Below, in pieces: positions 1-7,876 of a stretch of DNA of 40,608 nucleotides. The position numbers and the translations under genes are program-made. The notes under the pieces were generated by a model, which did not search any database, was not told where the DNA came from, and saw nothing but the letters and a program-made list of their open reading frames with translations. Source of the stretch: a virus (lineage: Duplodnaviria > Caudoviricetes). Location: positions 1-40,608 of the IMG/VR virus record IMGVR_UViG_3300049016_000016; one strand, given 5' to 3'. Each line of letters begins with the position of its first letter. Within the stretch, counting starts at the first letter, position 1.

Positions 1-127
1 AGCGACAGTGGAGCAGTGGATGTTCGATGCGGCGCGGGGCAAGCGCCCAATGCCGACGCCGGATGAATTGCGCGCCTGGGCCATCAAGCTGGGAACCCCG
101 GCTGATGGTGAGCCCGCCCCTGGCGTG
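1..127. repeat. Terminal overlap identical to 40482-40608 (circular contig)
   Basis: Exact 127-nt duplication of contig start and end; the ORF starting at 40000 reads through the junction. Confidence 0.95.
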
Positions 128-152
128 ACACCGACTCGCGGAGGGCAGAACC

Positions 153-287
153 GTGGAGCATGACGACATTCCCGTAGACGACGAGAACGACACCCGAGCC
201 TGCCCGGCATGCGACGGGACCGGCGTTGATGACGAAGACGGCGCGCCGTGCGGTAACTGCGGATGTCTTGGCTATGTCGAAGACTGA
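153..287 (+). CDS. Small Cys-rich protein (DnaJ-like CxxCxGxG zinc-finger motif), 44 aa
   Basis: Manual translation MEHDDIPVDDENDTRACPACDGTGVDDEDGAPCGNCGCLGYVED; GGAGGG RBS before GTG. Confidence 0.6.
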   Translation: MEHDDIPVDDENDTRACPACDGTGVDDEDGAPCGNCGCLGYVED

Positions 288-319
288 ATCGCTCGCCGCT
301 GGCGTGAAGGAGGTTCCTC

Positions 320-529
320 GTGGCTGAACAGAAGTTCATGGTGACGGACCCGCACAGCGCCACCCGTGGTGGTGAGATCGTCGCGCGCCACTTCAAGACC
401 GCCGCGAACGCACAGCGCTGGCTGGATAAGAAGAAGGTGGCCGACCCCGATGGCTACGACGGGTGCCTCGTTGAGCCGATGCCACTGCCCACTGCTGGCG
501 TGGATGTACCTCGTGAGGGACAGCAATGA
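320..529 (+). CDS. Hypothetical cassette protein, 69 aa
   Basis: AAGGAGG RBS, GTG start, ATGA overlap with next gene; ends ...TAGVDVPREGQQ. Confidence 0.75.
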   Translation: MAEQKFMVTDPHSATRGGEIVARHFKTAANAQRWLDKKKVADPDGYDGCLVEPMPLPTAGVDVPREGQQ

Positions 530-1275
530 GCCGCATCGTCTGCTGGTTCTCCTGCGGCGCCGCGTCGGCTGTCGCCACGAAGCTGGCCTTAGCGCAGTAC
601 GGCCCCGAAAACGTGGTGGTGGCTCGCTGCATCGTGCGCGAGGAACACCCCGACAACGACCGGTTCGCCGCCGACTGCGAAAAATGGTTCGGCGTGCCCA
701 TCGTGAACCTGATCAACGAGGAGTACGACGGCTCGATCTATGAGGTCATCGAGCGCCGGCAGTACATCAGCGGGACCAAGGGCGCGCCGTGCACGCTGCT
801 GCTCAAGAAGCAGGTGCGCGAAGCCTTCCAGCTGCCAACTGACCGCCATGTGTTCGGCTACACGGCCGAGGAACAGGATCGCTGGGACGACTTCCTCGAT
901 GCCAACAACATCGATGCGGTGGCGCCGCTGATCCTGAACGGAGTCACGCACGCCGACTGCCTGGGCATGGTGGAGCGCGCCGGCATCGAGTTGCCCGTCA
1001 TGTACCGCCTAGGCTTCCAGCACAACAACTGCATCGGATGCGTGAAGGCGGGTGGCCAGGGGTACTGGAACATGGTCCGCGACCACTTCCCGGTGCAGTT
1101 CACGCGCATGGCGGACCTGTCCCGGCGGCTCGGCGTGAAGTTGATCAACACGGGCGACAACGTGCGGATATCGCTGGACGAGCTGCAACCTGGCACCGGC
1201 GACTACCGAACGGAGCCGGAGGTGCAGTGCGGCATCTTCTGTGAGTTGGCCGAGAAGGAATACCGCGATGGCTGA
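526..1275 (+). CDS. PAPS-reductase / adenine nucleotide alpha-hydrolase-like protein
   Basis: N-terminal PP-loop-like WFSCGAASA; Cys motifs HNNCIGCVK and CGIFC; typical phage PAPS-reductase-like family. Confidence 0.75.
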   Translation: MSRIVCWFSCGAASAVATKLALAQYGPENVVVARCIVREEHPDNDRFAADCEKWFGVPIVNLINEEYDGSIYEVIERRQYISGTKGAPCTLLLKKQVREAFQLPTDRHVFGYTAEEQDRWDDFLDANNIDAVAPLILNGVTHADCLGMVERAGIELPVMYRLGFQHNNCIGCVKAGGQGYWNMVRDHFPVQFTRMADLSRRLGVKLINTGDNVRISLDELQPGTGDYRTEPEVQCGIFCELAEKEYRDG

Positions 1276-1384
1276 GAAACACAACGACCCCTTCATTCTG
1301 TGTCGCCACTGCATGCCGCGCCTGCTCGCGGGCTGGGCGGCTATGTGCGCCTTCGTGGTGCTCGTCTGGTGGTGGACCGCATGA
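1268..1384 (+). CDS. Small membrane peptide, 38 aa
   Basis: Manual translation MAEKHNDPFILCRHCMPRLLAGWAAMCAFVVLVWWWTA; overlaps upstream stop. Confidence 0.5.
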   Translation: MAEKHNDPFILCRHCMPRLLAGWAAMCAFVVLVWWWTA

Positions 1385-1423
1385 CGAAGCACAACAGCAC
1401 CCCTGGCGTGAAAGGGGAAGGCG

Positions 1424-1759
1424 ATGCTTGAAGTCTGGAAGGCAACCGCCGCCAATGGCGAAACCTGTCACTTCGGCGTCGAGGCGACTGCTCGCGCATG
1501 GGCGCGCAGCGGCACGGTGGAGCGCATCGAACTGCGCGATCCGCCGCAGCTCCACTCGGTTGCGACTAAACATGAAGGTCGCAACTGCACGGAAATGGCC
1601 CGACACGGTGCATTGCTGGCCGCGCTGGATGCGCTGGAAGACAACGACAACCACGCCGCGACGGTGATCCTGCGGACGCTCATTGCTGGCGTGTCAGTAC
1701 CTGATGGCGAGACGTTTTCGCAAAAGACGCCCATGGACTCCGGGGAGAAGAACGGATGA
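1424..1759 (+). CDS. Hypothetical cassette protein, 111 aa
   Basis: GGGGAAGG RBS; ATGA coupling to xis; contains motif (IAGVSVP). Confidence 0.7.
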   Translation: MLEVWKATAANGETCHFGVEATARAWARSGTVERIELRDPPQLHSVATKHEGRNCTEMARHGALLAALDALEDNDNHAATVILRTLIAGVSVPDGETFSQKTPMDSGEKNG

Positions 1760-2040
1760 GCGATCTGACCCGCCAGCAGCTATGCGCCAAGCTGGCAATC
1801 AGCGAGTCCACCGTCCGGCGCCTGGAGCTGGACGGGCTACCATTCACGCCCATCGGGGCGCGGGGCAAGCGCTATGACCTGGAAGAAGTAAAACGCTGGC
1901 TGAGAGGGCATCAGTGTCAATCTGGACCGACAAAGAAGGAACCATCCACGTCAGCCTTATGGTTGGCGGGGCGCGCATTCACCGACGCCTGCCGAAAGGT
2001 TCAAGTTCGCGGGATGCCAAACAGCTTGAAGCAGAGCTGA
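1756..2040 (+). CDS. xis: Excisionase-like HTH protein
   Basis: LTRQQLCAKLAISESTVRRL...RYDLEEVKRWL winged-HTH pattern, directly upstream of and overlapping the integrase. Confidence 0.75.
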   Translation: MSDLTRQQLCAKLAISESTVRRLELDGLPFTPIGARGKRYDLEEVKRWLRGHQCQSGPTKKEPSTSALWLAGRAFTDACRKVQVRGMPNSLKQS

Positions 2041-2876
2041 GGACGGCACTTGGACGAGGCCGTCAACCCGTCATCCCCGGCGATCCTCCCATGGCTGAAG
2101 TGATGGGCCTGTACCTCCAGCACGCCGAAAGCCTGCGAAGCCCAGAAACCGCCAGGTTCCACGCCCTGCGCCTTGGCCCTTGGGTGGACGGGAAGCGCGC
2201 CTCAGAAGCCCGCCAAGTCGCCGCAGCCGTCATCAAGGGTCTGCGCGGCCACTATGCCCCCGCCACCGTGAATCGAAGCCTCAGCGCCCTACAGAAGGGC
2301 CTGCATCTGGCCTGGGAGTCGGGGATGACCCCGGAGGACTTCAGTCAGCACGTGAAGCGGCTGCCGGAAAACAACCAGCGCGACATTCACTTAACGGTTG
2401 AACAGGTGAATTCGTTGGCATCCCACGCGAGCGAACAGGTGCGCGCCGCCATCTGGATCGCCCTCCTGACCGGCTGTCGTCGCGGGGAAATACTGGCCAT
2501 CAAGGCGGAAGACATTGGAGCCGACTCCATCACCATCCGGGCCGGGAACACCAAGACGCTCAAGACGCGGATTGTCCCGATCATCCCGGCGCTGCGCCCG
2601 TGGTTGGCGTACCTGCCGCTTCAAATGAATTTTGAAGGGCTGAAAACGGGGTTCAGGCGTGCGCGCGTGGCTGCGGAGATGCCATCAGTCCACTTCCACG
2701 ACTTGCGGCACTCTTGCGCCACGATTCTGCTTGCCAGTGGGGCCGACCTGTACACAGTGGCCAAGGTGCTAGGGCACTCCACCATCCGCATGACGGAACG
2801 CTACGCCCATCATCAGATTGACGCCCAGCGCGCAGCCCTACAAGGGGCCTTTGGAAAGGTGGGTGGTGGGTCGTAG
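1914..2876 (+). CDS. int: Tyrosine recombinase (phage integrase)
   Basis: Catalytic residues TGCRRGE, NTKT, HDLRH, LGHS, RYAH. Confidence 0.95.
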   Translation: MSIWTDKEGTIHVSLMVGGARIHRRLPKGSSSRDAKQLEAELRTALGRGRQPVIPGDPPMAEVMGLYLQHAESLRSPETARFHALRLGPWVDGKRASEARQVAAAVIKGLRGHYAPATVNRSLSALQKGLHLAWESGMTPEDFSQHVKRLPENNQRDIHLTVEQVNSLASHASEQVRAAIWIALLTGCRRGEILAIKAEDIGADSITIRAGNTKTLKTRIVPIIPALRPWLAYLPLQMNFEGLKTGFRRARVAAEMPSVHFHDLRHSCATILLASGADLYTVAKVLGHSTIRMTERYAHHQIDAQRAALQGAFGKVGGGS

Positions 2877-2938
2877 TGGGATCGAACCACTGACTTCCAC
2901 CGTGTGAAGGTGGCACTCTACCGCTGAGTTAACGACCC
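2864..2938 (-). tRNA. tRNA-Val(CAC), complete with CCA; probable attP core
   Basis: Reverse complement GGGTCGTTAACTCAGCGGTAGAGTGCCACCTTCACACGGTGGAAGTCAGTGGTTCGATCCCACTACGACCCACCA folds as a 75-nt cloverleaf with anticodon CAC. Confidence 0.93.
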
Positions 2939-3154
2939 AAATGCGCCAGGATTTACACCGGATGACGCTAAGTGATTGTTTCTTAAGTGAAAACACTTGC
3001 CGTGTGAAGCCAAGTGATGCCACCTGCATGGTAGGCGTTTCATTGGGGAGAGCCCGTCACAGAACCCCACTGGCGCGCACCGGAATGCACCGTTTTTACC
3101 CCGCCTGTCGGGCGCCCTATTGCAGAGCTGCGGATACTGTACGAAAATGCAGTC

Positions 3155-3183
3155 TTGTCACTTGCCCGGCAGGCATCGACAAT
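3155..3183 (+). promoter_or_regulatory. Sigma70-like promoter TTGTCA-N17-GACAAT
   Basis: Near-consensus hexamers with 17-bp spacing just upstream of the structured region. Confidence 0.55.
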
Positions 3184-3195
3184 CGCGCGCGCACG

Positions 3196-3546
3196 AGGCC
3201 ACTTCCTCATGCATCCCTAGACTTCCATTCGTGGTTGTCGTCCTGCCGGGCAAGGGGTGCAGCAGAAAGTGGCCTTTTTGCATCCCAGCGTCAGGGCGCG
3301 CAGTGGCGCAGCACACGGGCGAATGTCGTCGCCGCACCCAGGAAAGCGATGGCGCTTTATCAGACCCGGCGCCAGCTGGCCTTGTCACAGGGACCAGCAC
3401 GAACAGGCAACGCAGACCGATGCACGCGACTGGCCCACGATACGGGGCGCCTGGAAATCGAATGTGGCCGTTATGCGAGCGGTAGTCCCCCGACCTACAG
3501 ACAGCGGGGATGGCCGGAGAGGCACCATCGGGAGCCTCGGGTCTGA
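3196..3546 (+). ncRNA. Candidate structured RNA or long leader
   Basis: 23-bp imperfect stem 3196-3218/3253-3275, several further hairpins, and a 9-bp loop-to-distal pairing 3360-3368/3538-3546; no convincing ORF. Confidence 0.55.
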
Positions 3547-3582
3547 CCATCCCTCAAAGAAAATGAAACCCAAGGAGCCCGC

Positions 3583-3831
3583 ATGAGCGAGTGGCAACCG
3601 ATTGAGACTGCGCCCAAGGATGGTACTGACGTAATCGTCATGTACATGCACATCGAGACGCAGGTGGTTCACAACGCCTTCTGGATGGACGAGAAGGACT
3701 GCTGGGCCGGGGATAACCCTGGCGGTTGGTGGTCCTATGTTCATAGCGAAGTGAGCCGTGAACTGCTTGACGACTGGCGTACACCCACCCACTGGATGCC
3801 GCTTCCCCCTCCACCCAGGAGGCCCGCATGA
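3583..3831 (+). CDS. DUF551-like protein
   Basis: WQPIETAPKDG...PTHWMPLPPPP signature; AAGGAG RBS. Confidence 0.85.
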   Translation: MSEWQPIETAPKDGTDVIVMYMHIETQVVHNAFWMDEKDCWAGDNPGGWWSYVHSEVSRELLDDWRTPTHWMPLPPPPRRPA

Positions 3832-4160
3832 GCGAAGAAGTGACACCGCCCCCGCTGACATTGGCGCAGCTGACCGCATGGCATGACGGCGAGGGCAACC
3901 CTCCGCCAGAGATGCGGGACGCCTACGCCTTTGTGGATTCTGTGATCCAGCACGCCGGCCGAGATGCTGGCATGGGGTACGTGTGGCACGGCTGGGTGCT
4001 GCGCTGGGCGTACCTTGCCGGGGTTCGTGCCGAGCGTGAGCGATGCGCGAAGATAGCCCAATCGAAGGACGAGGGGCGAAGCACGCCCACGTACTGGAAC
4101 GAGGCTTGCCACGAGATCGCCGCCGCCATCCGCTCCGGTCTACAGGAAGAGGGGAAGTGA
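3828..4160 (+). CDS. Hypothetical phage protein
   Basis: ATGA-coupled; AERERCAKIA...IAAAIRS motif common in phage accessory proteins. Confidence 0.75.
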   Translation: MSEEVTPPPLTLAQLTAWHDGEGNPPPEMRDAYAFVDSVIQHAGRDAGMGYVWHGWVLRWAYLAGVRAERERCAKIAQSKDEGRSTPTYWNEACHEIAAAIRSGLQEEGK

Positions 4161-4330
4161 TCGAGCCTAGGAAACTAGGCGATTGCGTGTGAACAGGCCT
4201 GGAATCTTGGAAAAGGATAGGAAACTAGCCGGATAGTGGCGGCTATGTGTCACTCACGCTGTACAAAACATGCGGTTTGTCCATTAATAGAATCACAATA
4301 GCGCGTAAAAGCTGATTACTCGCTATAGGT

Positions 4331-4480
4331 CTACTTGGCCTGGAACCACACCCCGGCCTGGGCGATTGCATAGCCCGCGAACATGAGCGCCACCCAAGGA
4401 TCGTCCTTCATGTACTGGCGGACGGCGATGTACAGGTACGCGATGCCGATGCAGGCGATCAGGGCTTTGCTGTCGTCCAT
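4331..4480 (-). CDS. Small two-helix membrane protein, 49 aa
   Basis: Manual translation MDDSKALIACIGIAYLYIAVRQYMKDDPWVALMFAGYAIAQAGVWFQAK. Confidence 0.6.
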   Translation of the reverse strand: MDDSKALIACIGIAYLYIAVRQYMKDDPWVALMFAGYAIAQAGVWFQAK

Positions 4481-4507
4481 AGGTCACAGGTTGGTGTCGG
4501 TTATGTT

Positions 4508-5668
4508 CTACTTCAGCATGTCGCTGTTGATGGTCAATCGGCTCACCTCTCCGTAGCCTGAGTGGTACGTGATCACCTTGGCGTCACGCCCTGACAGCCA
4601 TCCGCCGCGAGCTGCGTAGGCATCGGGAGCCGCAAGCGTCCGGTGTTGCTCCACAACCATCAGGTTGTTCTCCTTCACGTCGATGCTGTGAAGATGCCCC
4701 ATGTGGGCGTAGGCGTACTTGGTGCGCCCGAAGATTTCCCGGAACTGCGCGGCGAACACCTCGGAGACATTCGCCACCTTGCGCTTGTGTCCATGGTGGA
4801 AGAACAGCGCCACCTTGCCGAACTCAAACGCGTTGTAGGGCGATGGGCTGCGATCAACGGTAATGCGTGGCTCGTTCTCGTACAGGACGGACAGCCACTC
4901 CCGGAGCCAGATTTGCGACACCGGATCATGGTTCGCGTCAGCCATGACGATGTGCAGCCGCTGGTGTTTTGCCAGCAGCATGTCAATGATCTGCCGCAGC
5001 AGGCGGATGACGGTGCGAACGACCTTGTAGAACCTGCTGTCCACGTCAAGAACGTGCTTCGACGCTGGTGTAAGCGGCTCCAGACCATCCGAATGCAGGA
5101 GGTCGGAAAGCTGCGCAAACACCGCCGTTTCGCTGTCAGGCGCTTGGGCAATGGCGCGGGAGAACCAAGCGAGCAACGTCTTCTCCGCGATCTTCAGATC
5201 CCAATCCGCCCCGGTTTCCTCCCGGTGCGAAAGCATCGACAGGTGATAGTCGGTGATGACGTAGCAGTTACAGAGGTTGTGGGCGGTCGCCTTGGAGGGC
5301 GCTGGGATCGGCTCCAGCCTAGGGATTTCGTCCTTGAGCGCGTCGATAGCCGCCCGGAACATCTCCTCGCGGCGGGCCTCATCGGCACTGGACTTCACCC
5401 ACTGCCCGCGTACCTTGCCTTCCTCGTCGTAGTACGTGGAAACGCCTTTGACCTTGAAACCGTCCGGAACGGTATGGGTCATGTCGTGGCCGGGCGAGTA
5501 GCCCTGTAGCGCGGCCTTCTTCTTCACTGCGGCGACAGCATCATTCACCGCATTCTTCGTCACCCCCAGAGCCCTAGCCGCTGCACGCTGGCTACCGTGC
5601 TGCTTGATGGCCTCTAGGATTTCAAGCTGGCGCGGGGTGGCGAAGGATCGAAGCTGGACGTCGATCAC
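4508..5668 (-). CDS. HTH-fused calcineurin-like metallophosphoesterase
   Basis: N-terminal HTH (GSQRAAARALGV); metal motifs TDYH, SDLLH, ANHD, HHGH, HMGHLH. Confidence 0.75.
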   Translation of the reverse strand: MIDVQLRSFATPRQLEILEAIKQHGSQRAAARALGVTKNAVNDAVAAVKKKAALQGYSPGHDMTHTVPDGFKVKGVSTYYDEEGKVRGQWVKSSADEARREEMFRAAIDALKDEIPRLEPIPAPSKATAHNLCNCYVITDYHLSMLSHREETGADWDLKIAEKTLLAWFSRAIAQAPDSETAVFAQLSDLLHSDGLEPLTPASKHVLDVDSRFYKVVRTVIRLLRQIIDMLLAKHQRLHIVMADANHDPVSQIWLREWLSVLYENEPRITVDRSPSPYNAFEFGKVALFFHHGHKRKVANVSEVFAAQFREIFGRTKYAYAHMGHLHSIDVKENNLMVVEQHRTLAAPDAYAARGGWLSGRDAKVITYHSGYGEVSRLTINSDMLK

Positions 5669-6027
5669 GACTTGTCCGCCAGAAGGCGCTCTAAGACGTT
5701 GATACAGCGGTGTTCCGCCGCTTCCAATGCTTCCGGTGTGCTCGCCCGGTCCTGTGCCGTGGCAATCAAGTCGTGCAGCAAGACATGCAGCAGTTCGTGG
5801 ATCGCGGTCTTCTCCAGCGATTCGGGCGTGATCGCCTCTGCTCCGAAGTCCCCCAGCCGGTAGGTTGCAAGTCTCGCGGGCTCGTCAAAGTCAACGGAAG
5901 CCATTGCACCCTTGGCCGGCTTGTTCACCCGCTCTATGCGCCAGTCACCAAGGCTCAGACGGGCCTGCCACTTCGCCACGAAGCCGTCGAACACCTTGGC
6001 GTCCTCGTGAGAGACGAGATTCTTCAT
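5665..6027 (-). CDS. Zincin-like HExxH protein
   Basis: AIHELLHVLL motif; coupled to the downstream gene. Confidence 0.6.
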   Translation of the reverse strand: MKNLVSHEDAKVFDGFVAKWQARLSLGDWRIERVNKPAKGAMASVDFDEPARLATYRLGDFGAEAITPESLEKTAIHELLHVLLHDLIATAQDRASTPEALEAAEHRCINVLERLLADKS

Positions 6028-6029
6028 GG

Positions 6030-6269
6030 TCAGATGAGACTCGCGCAAGCTTGTTGTTGGTAGCGAACGCCAGCCTTGAACGCTTCGGCCTGTTTGTTGG
6101 TCAGAATCTCGCCAAGCTGACGCTCAAACTCGCTTGCCTGTTGCCGGTTGAGAACTACGCATCCTCCTTGGCACTTTGATATTGCCTCCTGTAGCTCTTT
6201 GCCCTCTAGGTAGGGGGACTGGGCTGATACTGGGGCGGTGATCAGCACAGTGAGCAGGAGGACGCGCAT
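6030..6269 (-). CDS. Small secreted protein
   Basis: Signal-peptide-like N-terminus MRVLLLTVLITAPVSA; GGAG RBS. Confidence 0.65.
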   Translation of the reverse strand: MRVLLLTVLITAPVSAQSPYLEGKELQEAISKCQGGCVVLNRQQASEFERQLGEILTNKQAEAFKAGVRYQQQACASLI

Positions 6270-6278
6270 GGGAGGCTC

Positions 6279-6722
6279 CTAGTTGGTTGGCCAGGCTTCG
6301 ATGTAAGTGCGCAGATCGTTCACATGCCGGTCAGCGCGTTCCGCCAGCTCTCTATGAGCTTCCGCGCACTGTCGGAGTAGTTCTCCAACGGCAGCGGTTC
6401 GCTCAGCCTCGGCGGGGCAGGATTGGCTGCGGGCACGGAGGGCGGTGAGTTCGTCGCGCAACCCGCGCACAGCGCCAGCAGCACGATCAGCATCAGCGCG
6501 GATGCCAGCCTCACGGGCGCTGGCAAGTCGTGCAGCATCATCCGCACGCGATTGGCGCGCTCGCTCCAAACGGCGCGCTTCGGATTCCGCCAATGCGGTA
6601 GCCGCAGTCCATGCCTGCTGTACGTCATGTCTGCCCTTTCGGTAAGCGGTGAAGTGCGAGAAGGCGAGCGCCGCGACCAGCACTAGCAGGCCGATGAATC
6701 GCGGGTTCAGGAGTAGGCCCAT
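6279..6722 (-). CDS. Rz-like inner-membrane spanin
   Basis: N-terminal TM helix followed by Ala/Arg-rich coiled coil; downstream of endolysin. Confidence 0.8.
   Translation of the reverse strand: MGLLLNPRFIGLLVLVAALAFSHFTAYRKGRHDVQQAWTAATALAESEARRLERARQSRADDAARLASAREAGIRADADRAAGAVRGLRDELTALRARSQSCPAEAERTAAVGELLRQCAEAHRELAERADRHVNDLRTYIEAWPTN
6320..6541 (-). CDS. Rz1-like outer-membrane lipoprotein spanin, embedded in Rz (start uncertain)
   Basis: Alternative frame with lipobox LCAGC and Pro-rich mature part. Confidence 0.7.
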   Translation of the reverse strand: MMLHDLPAPVRLASALMLIVLLALCAGCATNSPPSVPAANPAPPRLSEPLPLENYSDSARKLIESWRNALTGM

Positions 6723-6768
6723 TGGCAGTTTGCGAATTTGTGCAAGTCGATGGTTTGAGCAAACTCAC

Positions 6769-7242
6769 TCACGCCTCACCCCGGAACAGCTTGAGTTCGG
6801 CCATGCGGCGACGGAGCAAACCCTTTTCGACGTTGGAGCCTGGGCTAATCCAGCGCGTCCATTCCGCCTCACAGCCGCCGATGTCTCCCGCGTTGAACTT
6901 GCGTAGCAGCGTGGAGGGGCGCCCGTCCTTCAGACGGCAGATTCCGTCCTTGTACTGATTGCCGGCGCCCACGTTGAAGATGATGGAAACGAAGGCATCG
7001 AACTGGCCCTGAGTCGTCGGGTGCGCCACGTACTTGCTGACAAGGATCTCGCGCGCTGCGATGCTCTCCATCAGCCGACGATCTGCCTCGTCCTGGGTCC
7101 ACCACGTGTCCGCAGTGACGCCGCAGGTTTCGCCCCATCCGCAGGTAAATGGGGCTCCCCCGGTCTTCGGGTCCGGATACGCCTTCAGTTTGCAACCTTC
7201 AAAAGCCTTGATCAGATCAATCCCGGCTTGCGAGGTCTTCAC
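6769..7242 (-). CDS. Endolysin (GH24 lysozyme)
   Basis: IKAFEGCKLKAYPD...TCGWGET, QFDAFVS, GLLRRRMAE motifs. Confidence 0.92.
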   Translation of the reverse strand: MKTSQAGIDLIKAFEGCKLKAYPDPKTGGAPFTCGWGETCGVTADTWWTQDEADRRLMESIAAREILVSKYVAHPTTQGQFDAFVSIIFNVGAGNQYKDGICRLKDGRPSTLLRKFNAGDIGGCEAEWTRWISPGSNVEKGLLRRRMAELKLFRGEA

Positions 7243-7442
7243 GGCTTTTCCTGCTTCACCAGCCGCCCAGCAATCCCGATCACCAGCAGGGACATGGCCA
7301 CCCAGCGGACATGCTTGTCGGAGAAGCCTGCTTTCAAGTCAGGGGGCAAAAACTCCCAGGCGCCTTGAATTGCCAGGCCGAGCGCCATGGATTGGACGCT
7401 GATCCAGCGCCAGGCGCTCTTGATGTCGTCAACGAATTTCAT
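7239..7442 (-). CDS. Holin-like membrane protein
   Basis: Two hydrophobic segments; directly upstream of endolysin. Confidence 0.65.
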   Translation of the reverse strand: MKFVDDIKSAWRWISVQSMALGLAIQGAWEFLPPDLKAGFSDKHVRWVAMSLLVIGIAGRLVKQEKP

Positions 7443-7675
7443 GGCTTGTCGGCCTTCCTATCCAGCTTGTTGTCGATCCGTTCCAGCAATTCCTTCAGCT
7501 CCCGAACCGCATCGCGGAAATCCGCTCTGGGTACGTAGTCCCTAGCCAACTCCTCCCTTAGCCTCGAAAGGTCAACCCGCAGTTCCTTCACCGCCCCCCA
7601 TAGCTCCCGGGCAAACCAGCCCATGACAGTGAGGGCCGTTCCGGCTCCAACGTTGATGAGGGTCTGGTAGTCCAT
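7439..7675 (-). CDS. Holin/antiholin-like protein (TM plus coiled coil)
   Basis: MDYQTLINVGAGTALTVMGWF...IDNKLDRKADK; first gene of the lysis cassette. Confidence 0.6.
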   Translation of the reverse strand: MDYQTLINVGAGTALTVMGWFARELWGAVKELRVDLSRLREELARDYVPRADFRDAVRELKELLERIDNKLDRKADKP

Positions 7676-7695
7676 GTCTGCTGGTCGTGGGCAAG

Positions 7696-7718
7696 AAAAA
7701 GCCCGCACGGGGCGGGCT
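7696..7718 (-). terminator. Rho-independent terminator after the ejection genes
   Basis: AGCCCGC-loop-GCGGGCT stem followed by a T-run on the minus strand. Confidence 0.7.
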
Positions 7719-7735
7719 GGGCTATAGTTGCGGGG

Positions 7736-7876
7736 GTGGAATACGTCTATTTCGCTCTCGCCAAAGCACTCATCCTGCTTGTGATCGGCTTCTGCGTCTG
7801 TGTTCCGGTCAGGTGGGCCATGAAGTACTTTCCCGATGGAAAGATCAAACGCCTGCTGCTAACGCGCATTCAGTAG
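7736..7876 (+). CDS. Antisense small membrane protein, 46 aa (possible superinfection exclusion)
   Basis: Manual translation MEYVYFALAKALILLVIGFCVCVPVRWAMKYFPDGKIKRLLLTRIQ; TATAGT 7 nt upstream of GTG. Confidence 0.55.
   Translation: MEYVYFALAKALILLVIGFCVCVPVRWAMKYFPDGKIKRLLLTRIQ

Larger units (their letters stand above)
120..1693 (+). repeat. CTGGCGTG module-boundary motif array, part after the origin (copies at 120, 299, 495, 1403, 1686)
   Basis: Read directly; each copy is in the NCT-GGC-GTG frame near a gene end, and most precede an RBS. Confidence 0.9.

Noticed and set aside
1-127. Biological direct terminal repeat
   Set aside because: 127 nt equals a common assembler k-mer and the repeat lies mid-ORF, so it is better explained as circular overlap.
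2941-3586. ORFs 2941-3546, 3120-3485 and 3257-3586
   Set aside because: No RBS, atypical composition, and the region is better explained as att arm plus structured RNA.
4165-4327. Hairpins (GCCTAG-GAAA-CTAGGC) in the AT-rich convergent gap
   Set aside because: Probably ordinary termination or stability elements; there is no clear U-tract, so they were not called.
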